Assembly: GCA_012295275.1 (NCBI GenBank)
Contig: CM022670.1
Coordinates: 26,598,001 to 26,662,000, forward strand
Source: Chrysomallon squamiferum
Lineage: Eukaryota > Animalia > Mollusca
Direction: 5' to 3'
DNA length: 64,000 bases
Under the pieces are notes generated by a model. That model saw nothing but the letters and a program-made list of their open reading frames with translations, was not told the origin of the DNA and did not search any database. This document shows, one piece after another, positions 10,901-24,370 of the stretch (position 1 is the stretch's first letter; every line of letters begins with the position of its first letter). Made by a program: the position numbers and the translations under genes.

Positions 10901-13900
10901 TGATGATGCTGAGTAAATTGAAAGCTGTAAAAATTATTTTTTATGATTACATTTGAGCATAGACCAAAAACTCTCTGTTCAATTTCAGTTTAGATTTTAA
11001 TTTATTTTATATTTGTTCATATTTTTACATTCAGTATTTTTTCAAATGTTTTCTTTGTTTTATCAAATTTTTTTTTTTTTTTTTAATAAAACAATATGAA
11101 TATAATAGTAGTTAATAAGAATGCAGATGAGATAGCATTTTCTCTTGTTTCATACACAGAAAAATAAAACAAATTCTTGATGCAAAATGAGGAAATAACA
11201 TGTGAGTTTTACATGTGTATATACATTGGAAATTGTATCACAAGAGGTAGAGAAAATTTCAGTATTTCTTAATTCGCTGTAGGTTATTATTTTATAACTG
11301 AACTTTATTATTAGCAAAGTGTGTTCATTCTGAAAAAAAACAACTATGATTTAGAAGAGAACAAAAACATATACAAGGATATTTCTCTTCACCATAAACT
11401 GATCATTTTCAGTTGTCTGGTTGATCATGGACAGTAAACAACAATTACAGTTTATAATCCTTGTCCATATTTGCCAAGAGATTTATTTCAAAAGTGCATT
11501 AGATTAATTATTGGTTTTGGTTAATCTAGTCATGTGAAATATCATTATTAATTTCCTGTAATTATTTTATACAGTTATCACAGAGGGGAATCATTTACTT
11601 TGCATTTAATATTTAATTGATGATGAATTGATCAATATTTTGAGATGTAGAGTAATAGAATAACATAACTTTTCTGTTTCCTCTCTTATATAATCATTAT
11701 ATTATATATTAAATAATTATAAATATATTTATTTATATATGTTTGTGCTATACCTGATAGCTGTTTTATTATAGTTGTTTTGAATTGTCATTGTTCATTT
11801 GTTCATTTCTGATATTGTGTATCATATTTATTTTTACTTTTGTTTTTTTGTTTCACAAGTGTAAATTTTTAACAGTATATTCCAGTCTATGAGAAGATAC
11901 AGGCTAAAGATCTCTTGCTGCTAATTAAAAAAAAAAATCACTCATCAATATATTTTCTTTTTCATTATCTTAACCATCATAGTAATTATAGATTTAAAAT
12001 GTGTTATTAAAACATTTCTTCCTGATTTAATTTTATGAGCATACAGCAATTAATATTACTGATGATTTTTTTCCAAAAATATTTATATATTTTTAATTAT
12101 TATTATTATTATTATTGTTGTTGTTATTTTAATATTGTAGTTATTATTATTGATAAATTATTTTATTTTTATTGTTTTTTAATTTTATTATTTTTTGTAC
12201 TACACTGGTAAACAGTGTCAGATTTGTTACCATGTTAAATTCAATAGACATATGAACTAAAGTATTGTAAATATTACCATTTGTAGACTATTACACTTCA
12301 TTTGGCCTGACCTGTGATTACTTTTTCTTTCAAACATCGTCTATTGTTTCGATAATGTACAGAACACACCCAAATACAATGCTATAGGTGTGTGTGGACT
12401 GAACATTGACAAAGCTGTGTGATGAATAGCCCTGGTAGTTTGTGTTGAGTTGGCAAGTATACTTTATATGACCCATTGTAAACTTTTTAAATACGGTAGG
12501 TATATGTATGTCATAACAGATATTAATAAACTATATCTACTAGTGAAAGTAATATTGGTAATTACACTGGAATATGTATGACACGTTCTAGATCATCTAC
12601 TAATGAAAATAATATTGGTAATAAATTAAATAATACTGGAATATGTACGACATCTTCTAGATCCTGATAATTTTAGATAATATTACATAAGATATGTTGC
12701 TGTATGTTATTCTTGTCTGTGTCAATCTGCTATGCCAGCTGATGGAACCAGATAAACCTGTAATGAAACTTGTTCATTTTATGTTACTCTGTATTTTTTT
12801 TTTTTTTTGGTATTTTTTTCAGGAGTGTTCTTATATTCAATATGCATACAAAAATGATAATTAATATTAACTGTCTCAGTTTGAAAACTATAACATTATC
12901 ATGTAGAGCAGTAGTGAGTTTTATAATCTTAGAAAAATAATGATATACAATGACTGTATTTATGAGTTGGTTTTAAATAATAATTTAATTTATATGTGTA
13001 TATTTTAAATGTGATTTGAAAGTACTAAAGAAGCAATATTTCAATTTTTTCATTCAAGGTAACTGAACTTGTGTTTTAAATATATGATGTGATTTTTCCA
13101 TTGTGTTTGTCATTACAAATCTAAAAACTAATAACAAATGTCATTTCAAATATAAGAATATATATACAGATCTCTTTTATATTCAGTTGAGCACTGAGGG
13201 GACAGGAAATAAGAATGTTACTGAATAATATTTATAATCAGAACAGATATAATTATTAAGTTTTAATTTTGTGTTCATCCTTGCATCCTGATAGGTATGT
13301 AGATAACAAAGGAGTGTTAATAGACTTGAGCAATAAAAGCAGAGCTGAGGTGATCACATCATTAATGTCTGTTGCTCTCTGCTTCTTGTAATCCCATTAA
13401 TTGCTTCAGGCTTGATTGGGGCAGTTTTCACAGGGCAGTGCTTTCACAGTACAGAAAGAACTCTGATCCATTACCATGACATTTTATTGCACCCTTCACA
13501 AAGCGTGCACATTAGGAGAAATTATGTGTTAGTTAAATGCTTTTTATCCTGAAATATACCCAGACTTGTGACAGACCAGGTTCATTGTTTGTTATCTCCT
13601 TTGTTCTATCTGTGAGATTAAAGTTAGAGCTTCTGATTCTGTTCTGAGTGTAATTATTAACTTTAATCTACCTTAAACAGGGTGAAATTGATGTTACTGC
13701 CCATAGGACAGAACTTTTTAGCTGATTTCTGGATATTCTTTCAAGGCATGGATGTTAGATCTATGTGAAATAAGTGAGTTTTAACTTTTGATTTAACAGT
13801 TTGGGTTAGCATGGTGTTAACAATATTAATTTACTAACTGGTAAATAATAGGCTAATCCATGTCAGGTTGTTTTTCTCTCACACTGTTTCAATTGTTTGT

Positions 13901-16319
13901 TTTTTTGTTTTGAAAATATCTTATTTATACTTTAATTTAATTCAGAGAAGTCTTCTGTTTCTGTTAAGAAACTATTAAGTCGAGCAACCTTTATTTCTTT
14001 CTGTATGTGAATAGTGGTACAATGCTTTGTTCAGTGTTTTAAGAGTGAAATTGGCTATGAAAAAGAATTTTCAGTGGTCATTGTATTTTTGTTGGGTTTT
14101 GTATTTGGTTGAAAAGAATTTTAGACAGTATTTCATAAACAACATTTGAACTTGTTTATCTTCTACAGAGTTAAAACATGGATATTAGCATTCCTTATTC
14201 ATTACCTAACAGGTTTAACAACATATTTACATCATGTACATATATAATGTATTGAAGTGTAAACTATCTGGTTACATTCCCATAAAAAACATGCTAACCT
14301 TGAAATCTATCTGTGGTACTGGGAAGGTCTAGCCTTCAAATATTTTTCTTTCTAAAATCATTGACAAATTTATAATTTGTTTGTTTATATGTGTTTATTG
14401 AATTAATGTCATTATGTTTTAAATTAGCTATAAATTAAAGATTTTGACATCTCTGTGGGGTCCATGTTAATAGACTGTATTTGTACAAAAATCTTTATTC
14501 AGGGTACAAGGCAGATAATAAAATAACTATCTTCAAAATTTAAGTGAGCATTTTTTTTTTTTTTTTTTTTTGCTTATTAGGTAAAAAGTTACAAATTAAA
14601 CAGACATTGGAAAGCTCATGAATACAGAATAATACTTTACTGGTCTTTTTTGTTTTGTTGTTGTAATATATATATATATATATATTAATTAAATAATTTA
14701 TTTTAATGATCTAAGAGTCAGTTTGTCTTTGTTGGACTGTCAGGCTTTTTAATATACAACAGATACATTTTAAGATAGGTGACTTTATCATCACTCAAGT
14801 AGAAATGTCCAGTTGTAGCTAACTGCTTTAGAGGTGTATGCTTTTCTCTTTATGGGGTATAAAAGATTCCTTGCTGCTAATTAAGAAAAAGTAGTTAGCT
14901 GTGTCGAAGAAATTGGTTTTGTCTTTCATTATGTGTGTGGTTGATAACTACTGCAGATTAGACATATTCTGAGTGGATTGCTAAAATACGAATATTTTCT
15001 TCTTTCTTTAAATACATTATTTTCAATATGATTTTGTAATAACATTAAATTATTTAATAATGCTGCTACCACTGAGAACAAAATCTCAAGAGATTAGAAA
15101 ATCATGACTCTAGTCCTGTATTACTAATACCACAAGAAGCATTACTTGGGAAATCGATGCAGAAATGAATGGAATTAATCTTAATTTAAAGTCAGAGATA
15201 AAGATGGACTGTAATAAATTATGCAATCTAGTTTTTTCTATTGTTGGAATTACATTAATTTATTATTCTTCAAGATCAGAACTCTTACTTGAATTTCTGG
15301 ATTAAAAATATAGACTTTAAACGTTTCGAAATGTAGTTTGAAATTTTATGTAGAAGAAGAAGGAAATGGTTGGGTTTTTCTTATTTTAATGCCCGACAGC
15401 TAAGACTGATGTCTTCTTTGATATCTACATGTACTTGTTCAAGCACCAGTAAGTCTGGCTTTCTCTCATTTGTACAACACTCACAAAATTAATTTAAAAG
15501 GTTGTTGAGGACTTGTACAAATCCTAGCTGATGGCTAAATCTAATCCATGCTGGTTAGTTTTGACAATGAAATATTAAATGTGGATAACAAGAATGAAAG
15601 AATGGAAAGAAAAAGCCCTATATTGAAGATACTGAAGAAAAAAAAAAAAAAAAAAAAAAAATAATACTAATAGTTCCAAGTTATATTTGTATAAAAACAA
15701 TAACATCAAGAATAATAATAAATTTGTATTTTAGAGTGCAATAGCATAAAAAGGCATTTGCTGGCAGTATGATAATATTTCATTTTATTTTATCTTGTCA
15801 GTTTAAATTTACATTATCTGCTAAAAACCAGAAAAACTGGCAGTGAAGGACCTCTGTATGGGTAATTTTTTTTTGTTTTCATTTTTTTTTCATTTTCTCT
15901 TTTTTTCTTTTTCTTCTGTTTCTTATTTAATTTTGTTACATATCATACAAAGCACAATAATAAACTTAATAACTGATATCCAAAACTGAATAAATATTCC
16001 GTGAAGCAATTGCAATTATTTTAGATATATAAGTTAATTAATATTTAGAGTATTAATAGTTAAAACATTTTTCTTGCATATTGTACAGTGATATATAATA
16101 GAAAATTTCGTGATTATGACTTGATTAAAGAATGAAAAATTTCTGAACTGTACCATAATAATATATCTTTAGGTTTTTAAATAGAATGATGAGTTTTTTA
16201 ACATTTAACAGAGAAGAGAACTAGTCAGTTCAAATTTTATGTTATATTAATTACAGCATAAAGTGAACAAGTCAAGCTGTTGTGTTAATTTTACTTCATT
16301 TTGTGCTGAATTGACAGTA

Positions 16320-16320
<1 letters not shown>

Positions 16321-16376
<56 letters not shown>
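16321..16376. repeat. (GT)9(AT)9(AC)10 palindromic compound microsatellite
   Basis: Direct inspection. Confidence 0.95.
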
Positions 16377-16377
<1 letters not shown>

Positions 16378-16889
16378 TCAGTTTGTCCATCTGTGCACAC
16401 AGCATTTACAATAGGTATTAATTCCACCTGAGTACAGTTTACCCTAGGATGATTTTCTTGAATATCCTGTTATACTGTTCCTTTCACAGAGCTGTTAATC
16501 AATAGCCAATTAAAATATTATAAGAGCCAAATTTAACACAAATAAAAATAATTTTGCCACAATTTTGCAATGTATTGAAGCATTCTTGAAATATAATATT
16601 TTAAAAAGTATATTTTATTTTGAAGATGTAATTTAATTTGCCATTTTAGGCTTCAGATACATTTATTAATTTTTTCTTACTTGCGTTAATTTTTGTCCTA
16701 ATCTGGATCCCAGTCTGTCAATGTTCATGTGCTATCCTAACAGTACAAACCTTTTTTCCTTCTTTTTTTTCTTTTTAATAATTATTATTTTAATATATAT
16801 CAGTTATTATGAAGGTTCATTTTTACATAAATACATTATTAGTTGCCATATTTTTATATCTGATGTCAATGGTTCCTCTAGTCATCTGT

Positions 16890-16990
16890 TGGTGAATTCC
16901 CATTCCAGACAGGTCCTGTGACAGGTTTATCAAAGCAATGGTGTGTGTTTCCTGTCTGCAGAAAAATGCATATAAATGATTCTTGTTTAG
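16890..16990 (+). mobile_element. Degenerate SINE-like dispersed repeat copy
   Basis: Shares ctgtgac.ggttt..aaa..tggt.tgt..tcctgtc...gcatataa..ttcttg with 24172-24270 and, inverted, 32607-32700 and 17748-17830. Confidence 0.55.
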
Positions 16991-17475
16991 CTTCATCATC
17001 TTCATATAAAAGAAAGTGTTTAATCCCCAAAGTAAGCATTAATATCCAAAAAATATTGTTCATTTAATTTAGATATCTAGTTCAGAAGTATTTGGGCTGT
17101 GCTGTTTTGTCAGTAGAAATATTTTTTCTTTAAGTATATTCACATGTACTATTTCATCATCATATTCTTTTTTATTCTTTTTTATCATCTGTGTAGCAGG
17201 TGTGTATATTTTTTTTAATATTCTGGCAATCATTGATGAAACACTGTAGTGTAATATCGCAGAATATACGTAGCTTTCCTGTGATCACTTCTACCTGTCT
17301 GCCAAGTGTAATCAACATTCTGCTTTTCTCCTTATCATCTTTCATAGTCAGTGGCAGTCAGAGGCTATTTTTTTTCCTCTTTCATTTTTCTTATTCTTTG
17401 CCATTACCTCATATTTTTTCTCTTAAGTGGAAACAACTTGGTTGATGGTTACGTGCTTCTGATTTCTGATTGCAG

Positions 17476-17579
17476 GAAAAGGACATGCTGTGAACAGATG
17501 GGGATTTAATTGCTCAGGATGACAGAGGCAGTGAGAATTAGCTTGGTGCAGATCAGTACTTACATTACTTTCAAATCAG
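17476..17579 (+). other. Candidate non-coding (5' UTR) exon of KANK
   Basis: Pyrimidine-rich tract + ttgcag| acceptor and perfect CAG|GTGAGT donor around a 104-nt GC-richer segment; assignment to KANK is inference. Confidence 0.45.
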
Positions 17580-18417
17580 GTGAGTCTCACCTTCATATCT
17601 GTGATTTTCTTTATTCGTGAAAAAATTAATGTGTGAATTTGTCTTTAGCAGCTCATCACATTTTAACATTAATAGTTTTCAGATGTTGATAATGTGTGTA
17701 ATGTATACTGATTGATGATAACAAGACAACTTTTATTGATTATTCATGTAATATGCACCTTCCCTTAGACTAGAAAATACATACAGCAGCCTTGGGGAAA
17801 CCAGTTTCGGAGCAGTGGCAGGAATAGTATGCAGCAAACACGAAGCATTAGTAAATTTGTATCCTGCCAGCATGAAACTCTTCATTCTTAGAGCTAATGA
17901 TCAGATTGCAATAAACTATATCATTCATGCCTATACTATTTTATTCGCTAAATTAAATAATAAAAATAAATATAACAAATAAATGTTCTTTTTCTTCCTT
18001 TTTTTAATCTTAAATACTAATTAGCTTTATAGCCACAAGTACAAAAAACAAACATTATAATAAATGAATTTCTAACAGTTGTGTGTGGGTGGCTGAGAAA
18101 CAAAAGGTGATGTACTAATTTGTCTGAGTGGAAATAAATTTTCACTGGTGACATAAAGTGAAGCCAACTTGGAACAAGAATGTAGCTGGTTTGTGTAGGA
18201 CAACGTGAGCTGAATACCTAATGTTAAAGCTTTATAATCCTCATATTGTGTGTTATGCTTACTGATTTTAAAGATACTGACATGTTACACTAACAAAACA
18301 TATTTGAAATATTTGTGTTTTTTCAACCATTGTTGTCTCTGAGATTGGTTCTTTCAGTTATTGTGTTGGAAGTTTATTAGTGATAATACGTATGATAAAG
18401 TAAAGATATTCTGGGGG

Positions 18418-18428
18418 GAGAGGGAGGG

Positions 18429-18473
<45 letters not shown>
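18418..18473. repeat. (GA)n microsatellite
   Basis: Direct inspection. Confidence 0.95.
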
Positions 18474-18477
<4 letters not shown>

Positions 18478-19864
18478 CATTTTTGCTTTAACAGATACCT
18501 GTACATATGTTTGCATGTGATATTTACACAGATTTCAAGTTAAGGATTTGAAACAGCATTATAATTAGTTATTAACTATTATTCATTATTAAATTATCAA
18601 GATACTTTTACTGAAATTCAAATATCAGTAAATTAATCTCTAAAATCTCTGATAATATTACATTTTCTAGCTTCTAACCAGTTTTTATACAGAATGTAAT
18701 AATAAAAGTTACCACACTGTTACAAAAACATACCAACTTTATTTTATAAAATTAATGTGATGCAAACTTACACTAAATCATCCTCAGACTCTGCAGCATT
18801 CAGTCTTTAATCCTAGCCATTATTTACAACAGCTTTCATAAATATAAAAATAAATTGTCATAAAAGCCTTCAAAACATGGCAGTTAACTGAACATTTATT
18901 AGGACTTTTATGACAGTGAATTTGGCCAGTAATCTTTTATTGAAACTTGTCTGGTACATTGTCACCAGTTGCAGCAGACATCTGACGTCATAACTAAATT
19001 ATTATATTCATAGCAACCTTCTGGGTTGCCAAAAGTGGTCTAACATGTTATACGCCTGGCCTGCCAAAGGTTTGCAATTTTGTACATGTTCACATTTTTA
19101 AAACTTCTTTAATGCTGTTAATGATAAAGGTCATGATGACTGTGTTGAATATGACAGTGTTTGGTGATGATGATGATGATGATGACTGTGTAGAGTATGA
19201 TGGTGGTGATGATGATGTTAATGATATAGATGATAACAGTGATGTTGGTGTCGACAAATGATTGCTTAAATGCAATATTTTTTCTGTTTTGTTAATCCAG
19301 AGACACAAAAGTTCTGTATTATTGAATAAAACGTAATATTTGAGTGATATTAATGTTGTGAGTTTTTTTCTAATACTTTAAATAAATGCTTGACACTGCA
19401 TTTATTTGGTTTCAGGAAATATTACTAGTGAAAATATTTGTGAATGAAATGAAAAAAAGATGAAGAAGAAATTTTAATTTAATTTATTATTATTATTATT
19501 TTTTCTGCTGAGTCATTTAAAACTTCTTTTTTCTGTAAAACTCAGTATATTTCAATCCACACCAGTAATCTGTTAAAATGTACTCTGCTATTATTGATAT
19601 CAAATTAAGATATAAAAAAAAAAAAAAAAAAGTTTAAAGTTTTAATCTTTACAAAAAGAATGAGTCAGGTTTTTTTGGATGTGTGTGGGTGTGCAGTAGT
19701 AAAAGTGATTGGGTGTGTAGTGTAGCTGCACGTGTTTACTCCACTAGAGCGATGTAGCCACGTTGTATTTGAGATTAGCCTTGTATGGTTGTGTTGACTT
19801 GCATGCTTCACTTCATCTACCCTGCAGAGATGGGTCGTAGAGAAGCAGAAGAATGTCACAGATC

Positions 19865-20360
19865 ATTACCATGTAGTGTTATCACATTTAAAATTGTCAT
19901 ATAGTGTTTCATATTGAAAATTATCCTATAGTGTTATCATATTGAAAATTTTATCATGTAGTTTTATCACATTTAAAATTGTCATATAGTGTTATCATAT
20001 TGAAAATTATCATGTAGTGTTATCATATTGAAAATTGTCATATAGTGTTTCATATTGAAAATTATCATGTAGTGTTATTATATTGAAAACTGTCATGTAG
20101 TGTTATCACATTGAAAATTATCATGTAGTGTTATCACATTGAAAATTAACATGTAGTGTTACCATATTGAAAATTATCCTATAGTGTTATCATATTGAAA
20201 ATTATCCTGTAGTGTTATCATATTGAAAATTATTATGTAGTCTTAACATATTGAATATTATTGTGTACAGTTATCATATTGAAAATTATCATGGAATGGT
20301 ATATTGAAAATTATTTTGTAAAGTTATTATATTGACAGTTATCTTGTAAAGTTATCATAA
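19865..20360. repeat. 28-bp minisatellite (~17 copies, TTATCATGTAGTGTTATCAYATTGAAAA)
   Basis: Unit recurs with period 28 (e.g. tgttatcaca at 20101 and 20129), degenerating at the 3' end. Confidence 0.92.
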
Positions 20361-20461
20361 AGAAAACTGAAAGAATCATGATATGAAGAAAAGTCTTTAT
20401 TTTTTGTTGTTAATGATATTAACATTAATATTGTCAACACATTTTAAAATCTGATATATAG

Positions 20462-20504
20462 ATACACACACACACAAACACATACACACATACATACATA
20501 CATT

Positions 20505-20557
<53 letters not shown>
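20462..20557. repeat. (CA)n microsatellite
   Basis: Direct inspection. Confidence 0.95.
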
Positions 20558-20559
<2 letters not shown>

Positions 20560-22494
20560 GTTAAAGCCATATAATTATATTGCTCTTTTTTAAAATTATA
20601 TTAATATTCAGTATTTCAGGAGGTTCTGTTTTTGTTTCTTTTCTTCTTTTTTTTCCTCTTTTTTTTTAACTTTTAAAAACAGTCATCTATTATTTGCAGA
20701 TAAATTTTATTCACAAATCTGCATACATATTTATATATATATTTGTCTATATCAGTATTTAAATACATGGAAATAAGTTTTATGTACTGAACCAACTAGC
20801 TACACCTGTAGACACACTCCTATCTGTCAGTGGTTACTGATAACCCATGCATATCATATCCCTGGATTGGAAGAGCGTTGACAGTGCTACATGTTAAACA
20901 ACTCGTACTTAGCAGGGTTTGTTTGTCCTCAGAGGTTCTGTGTGTCGACTTGATCAACGGACTGCAAGTCAGTTGGGAGGAAGGCTGTCTTTGTGTGAAT
21001 GGTGGACAATATTACCTTATTTATTCTTCAGAGAAAAGGTAAATTTTGTTGTTGTTTTTGTGTATCACTGTACTCCTGTTGTGTTTGTGTGTTGTAAATA
21101 TGGATTGTTTTGCCACTTCTGTTCCATTTATGTCGCAGGTGTGCCAGTTTTGTTGCTGTTGCGTACCTTTTGAAGCCGTCCCATTTATGAAAGTAGCGTC
21201 AGTTCTCGTTTCAGTGGAATATAGTGGCTTTATTACTAAAAATTCAAATGAAATAATGTTTTAATTTGAAAAGGTAGATAAGTTAAAGGTGAGTTTAGTT
21301 TGTTTGCTCTATTTGACCTTTTTTGTCAGTGATATTGTAAGTGGGCTTACGTGTAACGGCTGTGTTTGTTTTTCAATGATAATAATTGACACAGACTGAC
21401 TCAGTCAGATGGGAAATTTAGCACACCCAGTAAATAATCTGTCTTTTTAAAAAAAATTTTTATTGTAATGTCATAAACTTGAAAGACAAAATTTACAAAA
21501 TATGAAAATACGGTAACAGCTCATTTTTCTTTTTAAAGCAAATAAAATAATAAATAAGAAAAAAATATTGAAATAACTTCTGACAGTAAATTTAATAATA
21601 AAATTTAAAACAGGTCCCTTGTTAAAATGTATGTTTTAGGTTCTTCCTAAAAGTTTTCATTGTTCTAAATAGTAAACTGATAAACACAAAATTAGTCATC
21701 TTTAATAAATAACATAGCTGTTTAATTTATTAATACCAGTGTCTTTTTTCAAAGGTGTCCTTATTTATTTATGGCTGTTTTCTGTGTGTTCAGCCTTCAG
21801 TTTCTTTGTTACAAAATAAAATAAATTAAAAAAAACCCCAATATATTAACTCTTCTTTTTTCCTTATCCTATTTTTTTTTTTTTTTTACATCACCACCAT
21901 TTCATTACATGAAACATAAAAGTTGAAATTGTCCTTAATAATAATTTATTTCTTCCACCTTGAGGCAAATCAAGTATTATAAACTGATCATAAATTATCC
22001 AACACTTGTCATGGTTATTGATAATTAGGCTCAAACTTTGACCTTTTCCACTGTTATCCCCATGCTGTATTGATCGAAGCTATAACTTGTGACATGAAAC
22101 GTGCGGTTCTTAACTCCAGCAAGCCTAAGTTGGCTTCATTGATATAGGATTGTTTTGTACAGGAAAAAAGCAAGAAAAGACCATATCCCTTGCTTTACAT
22201 CTTTTTGTACTGTTAGCTCTTACTGCAGTGTTGGAACAGTTACACTATGTGAGCAGAATTAGGTTTGGAATTTAATGGTGTTCTTGGAAAGAAAGAAAAG
22301 CAAAAAAGAATTTCTTATTGCGAGGTATTAGTGTTGAGATAAAGAAAAGTAAGAATTATTAGTCTTTTTTTTAATTTACTGTTTTAAAGTTATTATGTAT
22401 TTGATATTCTTTTTAAATTTTCTCTTTGTATATGTATTTCTTATATTAATATTTTTATGTATATTATGTATGTTATTTTATTTCTTTGTTATAT

Positions 22495-22762
22495 TATATT
22501 TTATTAGATTAGATTAGATTAGATTGGATTAGATTACATTACATTACATTACATTACATTACTAATATTATATTATATTACATTACATTACATTACATTA
22601 AATTATATTATTTTATATTATTTATATTATATTATATTGCATTACATTGCATTGCATTACATTACATTACATTACATTACATTACATTACATTATATTAT
22701 ATTATATTATATTATATTATTATACTTTAACTCTCACTAGATCACATTATATTGCATTACAT
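22495..22762. repeat. Compound pentanucleotide repeat (ATTAG)n/(ATTAC)n/(ATTAT)n/(ATTGC)n
   Basis: Direct inspection. Confidence 0.93.
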
Positions 22763-23439
22763 TTCTTTATATACTTAATATCTGAAACTTAAATGTTTTT
22801 CTTTTATTTATTATTCTGAAAAATATTTCCCACAAACTTAATAAACAAGGAAATGCTTCTAGTTTGTTTTGACGTGTGTTTTCTAGGTTGGTTTGTTTTC
22901 TTTCTCAGCTACAGACTAGTGTTTATGCTTGCAGGTGGAGGTTTAAAGCATGTTAATTCATACACTTGTTGATTCAGTGGCATCCCCAGAGGTTCTTTAT
23001 TACCTCAGTTCTTTTACCCATTCTGGTCATCATCAAACTGGTTTTCTTTTTCAAAAGAACTCCAGCAACTGCATTACCCATCATTTTTTTAATTTTTTTT
23101 TATTTCTATTTATACATGCAAATGTGTTGATCCAAGAGTGAACAGATTTCCCCTGGGAAATTTATTTCCACATTAGAATATTATGGCAAGCAGAAAAGTG
23201 TTTTCTTAACAAGACCAAGATTGTACATGTCTTGACTTCTTAAATACAAGAGGATGTTTTTAATATTCTCTATTAATTTCATTCATTATAGGGATCATGC
23301 AACCGCAGAAATTAATACTTGTCTGCTATAGATGGAGGCAGTGAAATAATGAAAGCTATTTTAGAAAAATATTGAACCAGTCTCTAACAGGGATTATACT
23401 GGGAAAAAAAAATGTATCCAAATTAAAAGAATATTACTA

Positions 23440-23474
<35 letters not shown>

Positions 23475-24171
23475 TAAAGAAAAAATATCCAAATTAAAAC
23501 AACATTACTACCAAAAAAAAAAAAAAAAAAAAAAAAGATCAATATGCAATATGAATTGATTAAGGCAAAAGTACATAATGTTTTCTATCATTTTTCTGTT
23601 CTCGTTGGGTTTGTTGAGAGTTTGTTGGGTTTTATTATTATTTTTTATGTTTGCTCTCTTTTTTTTTTTTTTTTTTCATCTGAGGTTATTCATACTAAAG
23701 AAAGAAGGAGAACTAAGCAAAATAAAAAGAAAGTTTGTTATTCATGTGAGCCAAGAAGAAACAGGAATATCCAGGTACCTGATCTTCATAGCAGACATAT
23801 CTGTTATTCAAGATCTTAAAAACCTGTCAGTAAAGCTATTCAAGTTTACTTAGCAGGTTTTGCGTTTGTGATGATAATTCAGGGAAAGGACTTTTGTGAT
23901 GTGTAGAAATGTACTTTGTTATGCTGTCAGATTTTATATATGCTGGGATGAAATCTAATTTGCAAATTCACAAAAAACATCCACCAATATTACATCTTGA
24001 CATTTTCAAGGGCTGTGGGGTGGGGTGTTTAAACTGTTTTTCACTTATTTATGTTTTGTGAGTGGATTTAATCAGCCCAGCTAAAAATAAAAAAGATCAT
24101 TTCTGTCTCTCACATTAAAATATGGCCTTATGGTTAACTAAGAATTACATGATCAGTCCTGTGATATGTTG

Positions 24172-24370
24172 CCTGGGCTATTTCCCAGTCAAGCTGTGAC
24201 TGGTTTGTTAAAAATCAAGTGGTATGTTGTATCTTGTCCATGGTAAGCAGCATATAATTTCTTGTTGATTGTTAAGCTAATTTCTACTGTCACATGAACA
24301 TTATGAAGTACTTTATTTTACAAATTAAAATAACAGCATTAAAATGTGTTGAGAGGTTAAATAAATGTTC
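24172..24370 (+). mobile_element. Degenerate SINE-like dispersed repeat copy
   Basis: gggctattt...ctgtgactggttt...gtggtatg...gcatataa...aaaatgtgttgag...gttaaataaa; similar to 16890-16990 and to the tail of 11880-12022. Confidence 0.55.

Noticed and set aside
19865-20360. CRISPR-like array
   Set aside because: Units are contiguous with no unique spacers, in eukaryotic context, with no cas genes.
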